A stretch of DNA of 64,000 nt from Verrucomicrobiia bacterium (GCA_035545995.1 DASZXH010000044.1:1527-65526), one strand, 5' to 3'; positions 1 to 10,800 are shown, counted from the stretch's first letter. Made by a program: numbers and translations. Notes: a model not told the origin generated them from the sequence alone.

Positions 1-2
1 AC

Positions 3-284
3 CGGCTGGGCATGACGAAAACCAAACATCGCAACGCGGTTTTGATTTACGTCGCGCCGGCGGCGCAACAATTCGCCGTGATTGGCGACGAAGGCGTTCA
101 CCGTCAATGCGGTGACGCGTTTTGGCAATTGCTGACACAGGAAATGTCCAGCCATTTCAAGAAATCCGAATTTACGCCGGGCATTCTTCACGCCGTGCGC
201 AAAGCCGGCGAATTGCTGGCCGTGCATTTTCCACCCGAACCGGAAAACAATGATGAATTGCCGGACGGCGTGGCGCGCGATTGA
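3..284 (+). CDS. TPM-domain protein, C-terminal fragment (5' end outside window)
   Basis: The frame is open to the window edge. 'AVLIYVAPAAQQFAVIGDEGV' plus an acidic tail resembles the C-terminal half of TPM (TLP18.3/Psb32/MOLO-1) domains. The family call is from memory of the signature only. Confidence 0.4.
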   Translation, partial: RLGMTKTKHRNAVLIYVAPAAQQFAVIGDEGVHRQCGDAFWQLLTQEMSSHFKKSEFTPGILHAVRKAGELLAVHFPPEPENNDELPDGVARD

Positions 285-367
285 AATTTTGCCCGTGTTA
301 ATCTTTCTTCCCCGCACGCAATTTGAATTGAACCGGTGCGTTAACTTTTCCAAACTGACGGAATCCT

Positions 368-1090
368 ATGGGCGCACAATGGAAACAAGCCGGGCGCGAA
401 ATCAACGCGCAGAAAAAAGGCCAAATGGTCGCGAAACTCACGCGCGAAATCATGGTCGCCGCCAAACTCGGCGGGCCGGACCCCGATTACAATCCGCGCC
501 TGTATGTCGCCGTCGAAAAAGCGAAGAAAGCCAGCGTGTATAAAGACACGATTGAGCGCGCGATTAAAAAAGGCGCGGGCATCGGCGACGAAAAAATCGA
601 ATACGAGACGGTGATTTACGAAGGCTTCGCGCCGCACAAAGTGCCGGTCGTCGTGGAATGTCTCACGGACAATCGCAATCGCACCGCGCCGGAAATCCGC
701 AGCCTGTTTAAGGCCGGTTCGCTCGGCCAGCCGGGCAGCGTCGCCTTTTTCTTCAATCATCTTGGCGTCGTCGAGGCGACGCACACCGACACGAAGCGCG
801 ACGCGGAAGCGGACGCCATTGAAGCCGGCGCGCAGGAAATCGAACCGCTCGAACCGGAAGAAATTCCCGCCGGACAAACCGGCGCGCGTTTTCTGACGGA
901 AATCAAAGACCTCGACCATGTTTCCAAAGCGTTGAAAGCGGCGGGCTGGAACGTCATCGCGTCGGAAATCCGTTATCTCGCGAAAAATTTTGTCGAACTG
1001 TCCGACGCGCAACGCAAGGAAGTCATGGATTTTCTCAACGCGCTCGACGACCACGATGACGTGCATCGCGTTTACGCCGCGCTGAAATAA
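368..1090 (+). CDS. yebC: YebC/PmpR-family DNA-binding transcriptional regulator
   Basis: 240-aa ORF. 'KKGQMVAKLTREIMVAAKLGGPDPDYNPRL' and 'YEGFAPHKVPVVVECLTDNRNRT' match the YebC (DUF28) pattern. Confidence 0.9.
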   Translation: MGAQWKQAGREINAQKKGQMVAKLTREIMVAAKLGGPDPDYNPRLYVAVEKAKKASVYKDTIERAIKKGAGIGDEKIEYETVIYEGFAPHKVPVVVECLTDNRNRTAPEIRSLFKAGSLGQPGSVAFFFNHLGVVEATHTDTKRDAEADAIEAGAQEIEPLEPEEIPAGQTGARFLTEIKDLDHVSKALKAAGWNVIASEIRYLAKNFVELSDAQRKEVMDFLNALDDHDDVHRVYAALK

Positions 1091-1092
1091 AA

Positions 1093-1719
1093 TTATTTCG
1101 CGGACGAATTTGTCGAATTCGTGCTCGCCTTGACCAAACCCGCTTTCACGAACGGTTCGAGATATGCGCCGTAACCTTTCGCTTCCATTTCCGAAACGGG
1201 AATGAATTTCAGCGACGCGGAATTGATGCAATACCGCAAACCGCCTTTGTCCGCCGGGCCGTCGTCAAATACGTGGCCGAGATGCGAATCCGCGACGCTG
1301 GAACGGACTTCGGTGCGAACTCCATACGAATAATCAGCGTGTTCTGTGACATCTTTCGGGGAAAGCGGCTGAGTGAAACTCGGCCAGCCAGTGCCCGAAT
1401 CAAATTTATCCAGCGAACTGAACAGCGGCTGTCCCGAAACGATGTCCACGTAAATGCCGGGCTTGTGATTGTTCCAATAAGCATTGTTAAACGCTGGCTC
1501 AGTTCCGCACTGTTGCGTGATGGCGAATTGTTCGCGCGTCAGTTTCTTCTTCAATTCCGCTTCGTCGGGTTTCGTAAAATTTTTCATGTCGCTGATTTGA
1601 TTGGTTGAAATGTCTTCGTTATTCGTCGGCTGCGCGCGGCTGATGTTGTGTATCGCCGCAAAAAATCCCGCCGCCAATAATATCACCGCCACCATACCCG
1701 CAATTTTCATCGGTTGCAT
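1093..1719 (-). CDS. msrB: peptide-methionine (R)-S-oxide reductase MsrB with N-terminal signal/anchor
   Basis: 'GTGWPSF' and '[14 protein letters not shown]' are SelR/MsrB signatures with the catalytic Cys. The N-terminus '[19 protein letters not shown]' is hydrophobic. Confidence 0.9.
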   Translation of the reverse strand: MQPMKIAGMVAVILLAAGFFAAIHNISRAQPTNNEDISTNQISDMKNFTKPDEAELKKKLTREQFAITQQCGTEPAFNNAYWNNHKPGIYVDIVSGQPLFSSLDKFDSGTGWPSFTQPLSPKDVTEHADYSYGVRTEVRSSVADSHLGHVFDDGPADKGGLRYCINSASLKFIPVSEMEAKGYGAYLEPFVKAGLVKASTNSTNSSAK

Positions 1720-1901
1720 ATTTGTTTGATGCGCCAGCGGAATTCTTATTCCGTGAAAAATCGCACGTTGATTTGGACTGTAAAAATGACAATGCGTTCA
1801 GGAGACAAATTAGGATAACTCTGGACAGAAATCTAATGCCAATTATAGTAAAATCGAACTACAAATGACGCCACCTAATTCGCGTTGGGCGCACAATCTT
1901 T

Positions 1902-2261
1902 ATGAACAGAAATGACATCATCATTTTGTTGGCACCTGCTCTCATGTTTGCGTTGGTTATTGCCGGCGTCATCGCAACGTCAGGTATGTTTCATAGAGAC
2001 TTGGCTGCATACGACTATGACCAACAAAAGATTGAAACGCTAATTAATAATGTTCAGAGCGGCAAATCGCATTTGACGACAAATGAATGGACATTCGTAA
2101 ACGCTTCTCAAAAATTTATTGAGGCAGACCGTGGCATGATTGAAGCCGCCGCAGAAGCGGTGCGAGCTTTCGCATGGTGCGCGCTGGTTGGAATCGGGCT
2201 GCAAATTGTTGCCATACTTCACATCAAAAAGAGATTGAAGAAAATGCCTCCCAACAATTGA
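1902..2261 (+). CDS. hypothetical small membrane protein
   Basis: 119-aa ORF with N- and C-terminal hydrophobic helices. It lies in a stretch that looks AT-rich by eye, and no family was recognised. Confidence 0.35.
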   Translation: MNRNDIIILLAPALMFALVIAGVIATSGMFHRDLAAYDYDQQKIETLINNVQSGKSHLTTNEWTFVNASQKFIEADRGMIEAAAEAVRAFAWCALVGIGLQIVAILHIKKRLKKMPPNN

Positions 2262-2266
2262 ACGGA

Positions 2267-2731
2267 TTACAAAAACTCCCACCGCTCAAACATCGCTGCC
2301 TGACCGCACGGCTGATTATCCGTCGTCAACAAATTCCAGACAATCGCGTTGCTGATGCGAAAACGTTTTCCGCTTTGGGAAATCCGCACGCCGGAATAAT
2401 TTTCAATGAAACCATTGCGCGAAACCGTTTCTAAAAACCGCGCGCGTTCCGCGCGTTCCGGCATTTCGGCGGTCAAACGCGACGGCGTGCGCGTGAATTC
2501 GTCCCACGACATTTCCCAAAGTTCGAGCGCGGCGCGATTGCCGTAATTCAAGACCGGATCGGCTTCCGTGCCGTGCGAAATGACGACGAACGGCGCTTCA
2601 AAAACATTTCGCGCCAGCCCCGCCGGATTAAACAGGCCGGGCAGCAAATCGCGTCCCGTCCATTTTTGGAAACTGCGCGCCAAAATTTGCGTGTGCGCGA
2701 TAATCGCGTCGCTTTGCCAGATTTCTTTCAC
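2267..2731 (-). CDS. MEKHLA-domain (PAS-like) protein
   Basis: 'FVVISHGTEADPVLNYGNRAALELWEMSWDEF' and 'YSGVRISQSGKRFRI' are typical of stand-alone bacterial MEKHLA proteins. Confidence 0.7.
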   Translation of the reverse strand: MKEIWQSDAIIAHTQILARSFQKWTGRDLLPGLFNPAGLARNVFEAPFVVISHGTEADPVLNYGNRAALELWEMSWDEFTRTPSRLTAEMPERAERARFLETVSRNGFIENYSGVRISQSGKRFRISNAIVWNLLTTDNQPCGQAAMFERWEFL

Positions 2732-2831
2732 CGGATGATTGTGAATTCTCCACCGACAACCGGCAATGTGTTTTACGGACTGGCGGAGAAAAAATCTTCT
2801 GGTAGGCTGTTATCAAATTTGGAAGCGGAAT

Positions 2832-3719
2832 ATGGCTGCAAAACCTCAAATTCCTGAAAGTCTCAAAGCGGAGTTGCCGCAGAACAAATGGGGCAAAATC
2901 CTCGCCGCCACGCCGGTCGTGATGGCGGTCGTTGCCACGATGCTCGCCGGTCTTGCGTCGGGCGAAATGACGAAGGCGCAATATGACCGCTCGTTCGCGG
3001 CGCAATTGCAATCGAAGGCCGGCGACCAATGGAGTTATTATCAGGCCAAAAAATTGCGCGGCGCGGAAGCGCGCAACACGCTCGATTTGCTCGCGGCCAC
3101 GGCTGAAATCCATCCGCTTGACGCAACCGTTTTGGCCAATACAGACGCAGCCACCATTGCCGCGTTCACGAGAGGCGAAATTCCAAAAATCGCGCCGGCC
3201 AAATTCAGCGACAATGTGCAGGCGGCATTGGACGCACTGGAAAATTCCGCGCCGGAACCGGAAATCGCCACGAAACTCGCCAACGTGAAAGACGCGGAAT
3301 TGACCGCCGCCTTGAACGACGCGAAGCAGGCCGCGACTGATTTCGACAACGCGACGAAGTCCATCAACAAAAATTCCGACAAGTTCGATGACGCATTGAT
3401 GTGCGGCGACAAAGACGTGTTTCGCGATTTCAGCGCGGCACGTTTGCGTTACACGGCGGCGCGTTACGACGCGGAATCGAAATTGAATTCAACCATCGCC
3501 GGCCTTTATGAATTGCAGGTGCGCAAAAGCAATCTGTCCGCCGAAAAGCATCACGCGCGCAGCGGAAAATTTTTCTACGGAATGCTCGCGGCGCAACTGG
3601 CGGTGATTATTTCCACCTTTGCGATTGCGGCGCGCAAACGGAATTTTTTGTGGTCGGTCGCGGCAGCGGCGGGACTCGCGGCGGTTTCGTTCTCGGTTTA
3701 CGTCTATCTTTGCGTTTAA
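2832..3719 (+). CDS. DUF4337-like membrane-anchored protein
   Basis: 'KAGDQWSYYQAKKLRG' follows an N-terminal TM helix, and there are C-terminal TM helices. The start was moved from 2766 to ATG 2832 (MAAKPQ...). Confidence 0.5.
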   Translation: MAAKPQIPESLKAELPQNKWGKILAATPVVMAVVATMLAGLASGEMTKAQYDRSFAAQLQSKAGDQWSYYQAKKLRGAEARNTLDLLAATAEIHPLDATVLANTDAATIAAFTRGEIPKIAPAKFSDNVQAALDALENSAPEPEIATKLANVKDAELTAALNDAKQAATDFDNATKSINKNSDKFDDALMCGDKDVFRDFSAARLRYTAARYDAESKLNSTIAGLYELQVRKSNLSAEKHHARSGKFFYGMLAAQLAVIISTFAIAARKRNFLWSVAAAAGLAAVSFSVYVYLCV

Positions 3720-4978
3720 GCAATTCGTGACGTCAGGCGGAATTTTCCCGAAGTCGCGGGCACCAAGACATCCGTCTTTTCAATTTTGATTGCGTTGCGC
3801 GATTGCAACAATGATTCCAAGCGTCGCCGCAAATCGTTCAATTCATTTTCTGTCGGCGCGTTCGTTTCGGGAACAAAACGCAACGTGCAATCGCCGTTTT
3901 CATTTTGTCGCAAACCGTAATGCGCAATGCCGTTTGTCTCCGCAAAACATTGGTCAATCTGCCAAACGGTCACGCGTGAACCGTCGCCGGCCAGCAGCGA
4001 ATCACGCGCACGACCATGAACGATGAAATAATTTCCGTAAGGCTCGGCGCATTTTTCCGCAAGGTCGCCGATGCGATAACGCAACAATGGCATGAAATCA
4101 TTGCTCAACGTCGTTACGACCAAATCGCCGATGCCGGAATTGTCCGCGTCCACAATTTCCAAAAACGCCGTGTCGTAGCTCGGCTTCATTTCGCCGCGTT
4201 CGTTTTCCATCAGCAAATGGCCGGTCTCGGTCGAGCCGTAAAGATTGAACACCGGCACGCCGAAAACGCGCGCCAGAATTTTTTTGTGGACGACGCTGAC
4301 GTATTCGTAGCTGCACAAAATGAATTTCAGCGACGGAAATTTGATTCCATGCTGTTCGCAATAAAACGCGAAGCGCGCGCCATGAACCGGGTCCAAATCC
4401 AGAAATTGCGGCGACCAGTTTGAAATCTCTTCGGCCATGCGCGCCAACTCCGTTTCGCTGACGAGAAACGGAATCCGTTGCAAATTGACGAATAATGTAT
4501 TGCCAACGGTTCGCTGCGCGACGGATTGCCAGACGGTCGGGCAGGTGAATCCGTTGCACGCGGGCGGAACAATCGTGGCGCGGCGCGCGTTCGGAAAGTC
4601 ATCAAGAATTTTCGCGACAAAGGAATTGAGCCGCAGCGCGCGTTCTTCCTGCGAGTTCCACCAGCCGCGACCGAAAATGACGGGCAACCGTTCCGCCGTC
4701 GTGCCGGAAGTGTGTTCCAGTTCAATCAGATTTTTTTCCAACAGCGAGTCGAGCGATTGCTCGCCGGAAAGGAAATTGCGCGGAAAGTCGTTTTGGATTT
4801 CGCGTTTGGCCAATGGCGGCAGGCGTTTGAAACATTCCAGATTTTGCCGGCGGCAGCGGCCAAGTGAATTGCGATACAGCGGCACGTTGCGCCAACGCGG
4901 CAGGAGTTCTTCCAATTGCGCGAGTTGACTCGTTTCGCGGATGAGTTCCGGCGTCGCAAGCATGGACGCAATATACAC
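3716..4978 (-). CDS. adenylate-forming enzyme, phenylacetate-CoA ligase / CapK / F390-synthetase family
   Basis: 'EHTSGTTAERLPV' is an AMP-binding P-loop-like motif. 'NLYGSTETGHL' and the C-terminal 'SGKFR' fit the PaaK-like family. Confidence 0.7.
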   Translation of the reverse strand: MYIASMLATPELIRETSQLAQLEELLPRWRNVPLYRNSLGRCRRQNLECFKRLPPLAKREIQNDFPRNFLSGEQSLDSLLEKNLIELEHTSGTTAERLPVIFGRGWWNSQEERALRLNSFVAKILDDFPNARRATIVPPACNGFTCPTVWQSVAQRTVGNTLFVNLQRIPFLVSETELARMAEEISNWSPQFLDLDPVHGARFAFYCEQHGIKFPSLKFILCSYEYVSVVHKKILARVFGVPVFNLYGSTETGHLLMENERGEMKPSYDTAFLEIVDADNSGIGDLVVTTLSNDFMPLLRYRIGDLAEKCAEPYGNYFIVHGRARDSLLAGDGSRVTVWQIDQCFAETNGIAHYGLRQNENGDCTLRFVPETNAPTENELNDLRRRLESLLQSRNAIKIEKTDVLVPATSGKFRLTSRIA

Positions 4979-5031
4979 GCAGTTGGATTTTGCTCAACTG
5001 CGGGAAAAATCTCTTTGGAATCAACCAAATG

Positions 5032-5772
5032 TTAGTTACTAATCGGTCGAACCTTGATGTTGCGAAATTCCACACTGCCGTGGTCGCCTTGCAAGCCGAT
5101 GTAGCCGATGTCCGATTTCGCAAAGGACGGCATCTTGGCAAATTTTGTGTGCGCGACTCGATTGGTGAAATCTTCGCTGCCTAAAACATATTCAAAATAT
5201 TTCACGCCGTTGATCCAATGCTCACATTTTTCGGGTGTGATGAGAAGGCGTACGTGATTCCATTGGCCAACCGGCTTGGTGGCATCGAGAATTTTCCCCG
5301 TCGCCGGGTCAATCGGTGGTTGATACAGCGCGTAAAGCCAGCCGCAACGTTGCGGGTCGGCGGCCTTTTCATTGTCTTCCAATTGAAATTCCGGGCCGGT
5401 TGCCCAAATGGCGTTGCCAGCGTCGGTGACGTGAAACATGATGCCGCTGTTGCCTGCCTCGGAGATGTTGTAATCCAACTGCAATTCAAACCAACTGAAT
5501 TGGTTCGACGTGACGATGTCGCCCGCGTTGTGCGGGTCGGCGCAAATCAACGCGCCGTCCTTCACCTGCCAGCCGGAACGGACGCCGTCTTTTTTGAAAT
5601 TATGCCAGCCGGAAAAATCTTTGCCGTTGAACAAAAGTTGCCAGCCTTCAGCTTGTTCTCGCGGCGTCAATGTATTGATGGGTGCATCGTCAGCGAATGT
5701 CGGGAGTGCGATGGCCAGTGCTAATGCCTGAAAAACGAATGCGAATTGTTTGATCATGAAAAATAAATACAA
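5032..5772 (-). CDS. secreted DUF1080 protein (3-keto-disaccharide hydrolase family)
   Basis: It has a signal peptide, then 'GWQLLFNGKDFSGWHNF...WQVKDGALI' and the C-terminal 'IGLQGDHGSVEFRNIKV'. An alternative start is at 5757. Confidence 0.8.
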   Translation of the reverse strand: MYLFFMIKQFAFVFQALALAIALPTFADDAPINTLTPREQAEGWQLLFNGKDFSGWHNFKKDGVRSGWQVKDGALICADPHNAGDIVTSNQFSWFELQLDYNISEAGNSGIMFHVTDAGNAIWATGPEFQLEDNEKAADPQRCGWLYALYQPPIDPATGKILDATKPVGQWNHVRLLITPEKCEHWINGVKYFEYVLGSEDFTNRVAHTKFAKMPSFAKSDIGYIGLQGDHGSVEFRNIKVRPISN

Positions 5773-5801
5773 GCGAACGAGCTTAAAGCCAATGCAAAAT
5801 T

Positions 5802-7061
5802 CTATGCCGATTTTACACCTTTGCAGATATTGCGATAAAATTCGCCGACGCGCGTCATTTTGCGCGGCAGATTTTCATCGGCAAAATCCACGGAAAACAA
5901 ACCGAATTTTTTGGTGTAACCGAATTGCCATTCAAAATTGTCGAGCAACGACCAATAAAAAAACCCGCGCACATCCACGCCGGCGTTCATCGCATCGCTC
6001 AATTCATGCAAATGAAGTTTGAGATCGCCGATGCGAAAATCTTCGTCCGTTGAAGCCGCGCCGTGTTCGGTGATGTAAACCGGCAAGTTGTATCTGCGAT
6101 AAAATTTTTTTAGCAACTCACCAAATCCGGCCGGATGCCGCTCAAACATGTCGTCACTGACGATGCCAAGTTTTTTTAATCTCTCCCGCGAAACGCCATT
6201 GGTCGGCACGAGTGCTTGAAAATGTTTCAGCCGCGCGCGTCCGTAATAATTCACGCCGAGAAATGTGGATGCCTTTTTGCGTTCGCCACCCAAAAACTCG
6301 TTCAACACAAAACGGTTGAAAGCGTGATGCGAAATTTCTGCGAGCAAATGATCCCAAAACGCATAAATCTCGAATGCGCCAAACGTCGTCCAATTTTTCG
6401 CGATGCCGATTTCAGGCAATTTCCCATTGGTATATTGCTGCCGGATTATTTCACTCGCGCGCGTGTGCGCTTGCGCCATGTGCTGGATCACTTTGCGATA
6501 CTTCAGGAATTTCCATTTTTCAAACGGCGGAAATCCGCCGAGCAGATACGTCAACGACGCGTAAGTGTCCGGCTCGTTGAACGTGTTCCAGATGTGAACG
6601 CGATCTTTCAAAGCCGAGACCAGTTTCGTCGCGTAATCCACAAACATAGAAATCGTTTCCGGGTTCAGCCAGCCGCCATTTTTTGTAATCCATAATGGAT
6701 TGGAAAAATGATGCAACACGACCATCGGCGTGATGTTCGCTGCTCTGAGCAAATCGAGCAGATGAACGTAGCGCGCCAATTCAGTTTGATTGAGCGGCGC
6801 AAACGGTTTGTCCTGCAATCGCGACCACTCGATGCCCATGCGATACGCGTTCACGCCCAAACCAGCCATCAATTCCACGTCCTTTGCGTAAAAATGATAA
6901 TGATTGCATGCGATGCGGCAATGTCCGCCGTCTGACGCGACGTAATCCGTCCATTCATTGATGACGTGACCTTCCACCTGCGTCGGCGAAGTCGCCGTGC
7001 CCCACAAAATTTTTTTTGGAAACTTAAAATCCTCGGACATTTTCGCGGATAATATATTCAA
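5802..7061 (-). CDS. glycoside hydrolase family 1 beta-glucosidase
   Basis: The motifs are 'WGTATSPTQVEG', 'TFNEP' (acid/base Glu) and 'YITEHG' (nucleophile Glu). An alternative start is at 7040. Confidence 0.9.
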   Translation of the reverse strand: MNILSAKMSEDFKFPKKILWGTATSPTQVEGHVINEWTDYVASDGGHCRIACNHYHFYAKDVELMAGLGVNAYRMGIEWSRLQDKPFAPLNQTELARYVHLLDLLRAANITPMVVLHHFSNPLWITKNGGWLNPETISMFVDYATKLVSALKDRVHIWNTFNEPDTYASLTYLLGGFPPFEKWKFLKYRKVIQHMAQAHTRASEIIRQQYTNGKLPEIGIAKNWTTFGAFEIYAFWDHLLAEISHHAFNRFVLNEFLGGERKKASTFLGVNYYGRARLKHFQALVPTNGVSRERLKKLGIVSDDMFERHPAGFGELLKKFYRRYNLPVYITEHGAASTDEDFRIGDLKLHLHELSDAMNAGVDVRGFFYWSLLDNFEWQFGYTKKFGLFSVDFADENLPRKMTRVGEFYRNICKGVKSA

Positions 7062-7101
7062 CCATAAATCAAACGACAGGATTCAATTGTTAAAATTTTG
7101 T

Positions 7102-8334
7102 TTAGAGTTTCCCGGCCATCGCACAACCGGCAATCCAACCAGTTGTCCACGCGGCTTGAAAGTTGAACCCGCCCGTGATGCCGTCAATATCCAGCACTTC
7201 ACCCGCGAAAAATAATCCCGGACAAATCTTGCTTTCCATCGTTTTGAAATTTACCTCGCTTAATTTTACTCCACCACAGGTCACAAATTCGTCCTTGTTC
7301 AAACTTTTGCCGGTCACAGCAAATTCTGTGCGTAACAATCGCTGAATCAATTGATGCTGCGTGGAGCGGGAGAAGTCTGCCCAACGCGCATCGGCAGCAA
7401 TTCCAGATGTCAGCACCAATTGTTCCCACAATCGCGTTGGCAATGCTGCAATGGGCGAATTGACAATCTGTTTTGCCGGTTGCAATTTCCGGCACGATTG
7501 AAATTCCGCTACCAACTTTCCCTCGTTCCAATCCGGCAACCAATTGATTTGCAGCGTGAAATGATAATCTTTTTCGTGCAAAATCCGCGCGCCCCAGGCT
7601 GACAATCGTAAAATCACCGGTCCGCTTAATCCCCAATGCGTGACCAGCAACGCGCCGCGCTCTCGAAGTTTGGTTTCAGGAACCGACACAACCACATTTT
7701 CAACCGAAATTCCAGCAAGCTGCCGCAACCATGTCGTTTCGATGTGCAATGTGAACAACGACGGCACGGGCGGTTCCAAAATGTGACCGAGCGAGACCGC
7801 CAGTTGTCCGAGCGCGGGCGTGCGACAGCCGCCCGTCGCCAAAAGCAATTTGTCGCACAATAATTTTTCGCCATTGGAAAGCATCAATCCAAATCCGCCA
7901 ACGGGATTTTTCACGGCATTTTCCACTCCGCAATTGGTTCTCAATTTCACGCCGGCATCACGCGCGGCCTTGAGCAAACATTCCACAATTGTTTGCGACG
8001 AATCGGTCACCGGAAACATCCGGCCATCGCTTTCGGTTTTGAGTTTCACGCCGCGCGCCGCAAACCACGCCGCGGTATCGCCCGCCTGAAATTGTTGGAA
8101 CAGCGCGATCAACGTGCGTTCGCCGCGCGGATAGCGAGTCGCGAATTCCCGTTCGTTGAAACAGGCGTGCGTCACGTTGCAACGGCCGCCGCCGGAAATG
8201 CGGACTTTGGAAAGAAATTGCGCGGTCTTTTCCAAAATGATGATTTCCGCGTCGCGATTTTTTTCAGCACAGGCGATGGCGGCGAAAAATCCCGCCGCGC
8301 CGCCGCCGACAATCACGATGCGTTCCGGATTCAT
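7102..8334 (-). CDS. NAD(P)/FAD-dependent oxidoreductase, HI0933/BaiN family
   Basis: '[15 protein letters not shown]' is a Rossmann motif. 'GGGRCNVTH' and the C-terminal 'FFAGEVLDIDGITGGFNFQ' also fit. The start was set at ATG 8334. Confidence 0.85.
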   Translation of the reverse strand: MNPERIVIVGGGAAGFFAAIACAEKNRDAEIIILEKTAQFLSKVRISGGGRCNVTHACFNEREFATRYPRGERTLIALFQQFQAGDTAAWFAARGVKLKTESDGRMFPVTDSSQTIVECLLKAARDAGVKLRTNCGVENAVKNPVGGFGLMLSNGEKLLCDKLLLATGGCRTPALGQLAVSLGHILEPPVPSLFTLHIETTWLRQLAGISVENVVVSVPETKLRERGALLVTHWGLSGPVILRLSAWGARILHEKDYHFTLQINWLPDWNEGKLVAEFQSCRKLQPAKQIVNSPIAALPTRLWEQLVLTSGIAADARWADFSRSTQHQLIQRLLRTEFAVTGKSLNKDEFVTCGGVKLSEVNFKTMESKICPGLFFAGEVLDIDGITGGFNFQAAWTTGWIAGCAMAGKL

Positions 8335-8426
8335 TGCGAAATGATACCAGAGACGCGCTGGCTTCAAATAATTTCGTAATTTGCTTCGGCATTGAAAACT
8401 TTCGCGTTCGTCTTATGATTTGATTC

Positions 8427-9560
8427 ATGCCCAAGAAAAACCTGCCCACTCACTTTGTGTTGTCCTGTACAATAATTGGTCTGTTGATTCAGATAAACCC
8501 GGCTACGGCTCAAACAGCCCGACCTCAGCCACCCACACGCAACCCGCACACACCGGGATACGTCACAGCTATAGAATTGCCTGACGGCACCGTTCCTTCG
8601 CCAACGGAAGACGGAAATTTCATCATCGGCCCCACACATCATCCCGCGCCGGAAATGGTGACGAACACCAACGCGCCGCAGGGAAAAATTTTTACTTTCA
8701 CGATGAATTCCGCTGACAGCAAAATTTATCCGGGTATCGCGCGCGAACCTGGCACATTTGGCACGCCCGACCTAATCGATCCGGCCAAGCTGATTGTGAC
8801 CACCAGTCATCTCGCGCCTTACACACGCCACGTTTCAGTTTTTGTTCCGGCGCAATATGTTCCCGGCACAATCGCGCCGTTCATCGTTGGCGCGGATGGT
8901 CCCGACCATGAATTGTTCACCGCCTTGAATAATTTGATCGCCGAGAAAAAATTGCCGGTGATAATCGGCATTTCCATCGGCAACGGCAGCGGCGACGCGC
9001 AAGGCAGCGAACGCGGATTGGAATACGACACGATGTCCGGCCGCTACGCTGAATTCGTCGAACAGGAAGTTTTGCCGCTCGTGGAAAAAAATTGCGGCGT
9101 GAAGCTGACCAAAGACCCTGATGCTCGCGCGACGATGGGCGGCAGTTCCGGCGGTTCCTGCGCCCTCATCATGGCGTGGTATCATCCCGAACTTTACCAT
9201 CGCGTGCTGACCTACTCCGGCACTTATGTGAACCAGCAATGGCCGTCGAATCCCGAAACACCGGGCGGCGCGTGGGAATTTCATAAGACCATCATCCCGA
9301 ACAATCCCGCCAAACCCATCCGCATCTGGATGGAAGTCGGTGACCGCGACCTTTTTAATCCGAACATCATGCGCGACAACATGCACGATTGGGTCGTCGC
9401 GAATGAAAACATGGCGCGCGTTCTTGCCGCAAAAAATTATCATTATCAATTTGTTTTCGCCCGCAACGCCGGCCATGTGGATGGTGCGGTGAAACGGCAA
9501 TCGCTGCCTGAAGCACTGGAATGGTTATGGCAGGATTACAAACCAAGTTTGCAGAATTGA
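8427..9560 (+). CDS. secreted esterase, enterochelin-esterase-like alpha/beta hydrolase
   Basis: It has a signal peptide. 'GGSSGGSCALIMAWYHPELY' is a nucleophile-elbow-like motif, and the protein has the length typical of the 'putative esterase' family. Confidence 0.65.
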   Translation: MPKKNLPTHFVLSCTIIGLLIQINPATAQTARPQPPTRNPHTPGYVTAIELPDGTVPSPTEDGNFIIGPTHHPAPEMVTNTNAPQGKIFTFTMNSADSKIYPGIAREPGTFGTPDLIDPAKLIVTTSHLAPYTRHVSVFVPAQYVPGTIAPFIVGADGPDHELFTALNNLIAEKKLPVIIGISIGNGSGDAQGSERGLEYDTMSGRYAEFVEQEVLPLVEKNCGVKLTKDPDARATMGGSSGGSCALIMAWYHPELYHRVLTYSGTYVNQQWPSNPETPGGAWEFHKTIIPNNPAKPIRIWMEVGDRDLFNPNIMRDNMHDWVVANENMARVLAAKNYHYQFVFARNAGHVDGAVKRQSLPEALEWLWQDYKPSLQN

Positions 9561-9590
9561 CATTCAACCATTGCGAACAATCACAACAAT

Positions 9591-10697
9591 ATGAACACCT
9601 ATTTACTCATCGCCATTTTGTTGATTTGCGCCGTGATTTTCGCAAAGACAGCGCGAGCGCAATCTTTGCCTGCGGACACAACTCAAGTATTGGAAATCAT
9701 CCGCAAGAAATATGATTTGCCCGCGCTCGCGGTCGTGGTGGTGAAAGATGGAAAAATTTGCGACCGCGCCGTTGTCGGTGTTCGCAAGTTGGGCGATTCA
9801 ACGCCTGTAACAATTGATGACCAATGGCACATCGGCTCCTGCACTAAATCCATGACGGCGACACTTGCGGTGATGTTCATTGAGGAAGGCAAATTGCGTT
9901 GGGATTCCACCATCGCGGAAGTGTTTCCAGAATTGAAGGGCAAGATGGACAAACAATACGAAACGGTCACGGTCGAACAATTACTGACACAGCGCAGCGG
10001 TGTTCCCGCGGAGCCGCCTGCCGATGCCTGGAAACGCGCCTGGGAACAAAAAGAAGCGCCAACGCAGCAGCGTTATGAATTTATTCAAGCCGTGCTGGCG
10101 CAATCATCCGCCGCCGTGCCCGGCACAAAATTTATTTATTCCAATCAAAACTACGCCATTGTCGGCGCGATGTTGGAAAAAATTTCCGGCAAAGCGTGGG
10201 AAGACCTCATCACCGAAAAACTATTTAAGCCGTTGCGCATGGGTTCCGCCGGTTTCGGTGCGCCGGGCACGATTGGGAAAGTTGACCAACCATGGGGACA
10301 TACTAAAAATTTACAGCCGACACAAAGCGACAATCCGCCCGCGATTGCGCCGGCTGGTCGCGTGCATTGTTCGCTCGACGACCTTGCGCGCTACACCATT
10401 TTTCAAATGGAAGGCGAACGCAAGGATGGTTTGTTAAAAGCTGAAACCATTCGCAAACTTCACACGCCGCCGCCGGGCGAAAATTATGCCTGCGGTTGGC
10501 GCGTTTTACAGCGTGGCTGGGCAGACGGACGCGCGTTGACACACAACGGTTCAAACAACATGTGGTATTTGGTTATGTGGCTCGCGCCGGAAAAAGATTT
10601 TTCCGTCATCGTTGCGACAAATATCCGCAAAGATGACATACCAAAGGGATGCGACGAAGTTGTCGGCGCGATGATTAAAAAGTGGCTCGCCAATTAG
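9591..10697 (+). CDS. serine hydrolase, beta-lactamase (class C / PBP4*) family
   Basis: It has a signal peptide, an SxxK motif ('GSCTKSMTA') and 'YSNQNY' (a YxN motif). Confidence 0.8.
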   Translation: MNTYLLIAILLICAVIFAKTARAQSLPADTTQVLEIIRKKYDLPALAVVVVKDGKICDRAVVGVRKLGDSTPVTIDDQWHIGSCTKSMTATLAVMFIEEGKLRWDSTIAEVFPELKGKMDKQYETVTVEQLLTQRSGVPAEPPADAWKRAWEQKEAPTQQRYEFIQAVLAQSSAAVPGTKFIYSNQNYAIVGAMLEKISGKAWEDLITEKLFKPLRMGSAGFGAPGTIGKVDQPWGHTKNLQPTQSDNPPAIAPAGRVHCSLDDLARYTIFQMEGERKDGLLKAETIRKLHTPPPGENYACGWRVLQRGWADGRALTHNGSNNMWYLVMWLAPEKDFSVIVATNIRKDDIPKGCDEVVGAMIKKWLAN

Positions 10698-10704
10698 TAG
10701 GCGC

Positions 10705-10796
10705 TCAATTCTTTATCATCGCCAATTCTTCTTCGAAATCCACAATCTCTTTTATCTGCACGAGAAACCAGTGGTCAATTTTGGTGGGATTGAAAA
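10705..10796. repeat. orphan copy of the last 92 bp of carB-N (direct repeat of 11384-11475)
   Basis: Aligned by eye at an offset of 679 bp. The 76-bp core 10721-10796 has 2 mismatches. The 7 positions 10714-10720 near the stop differ at 6, changing AAAKN* to AMIKN*. Confidence 0.85.
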
Positions 10797-10800
10797 AATT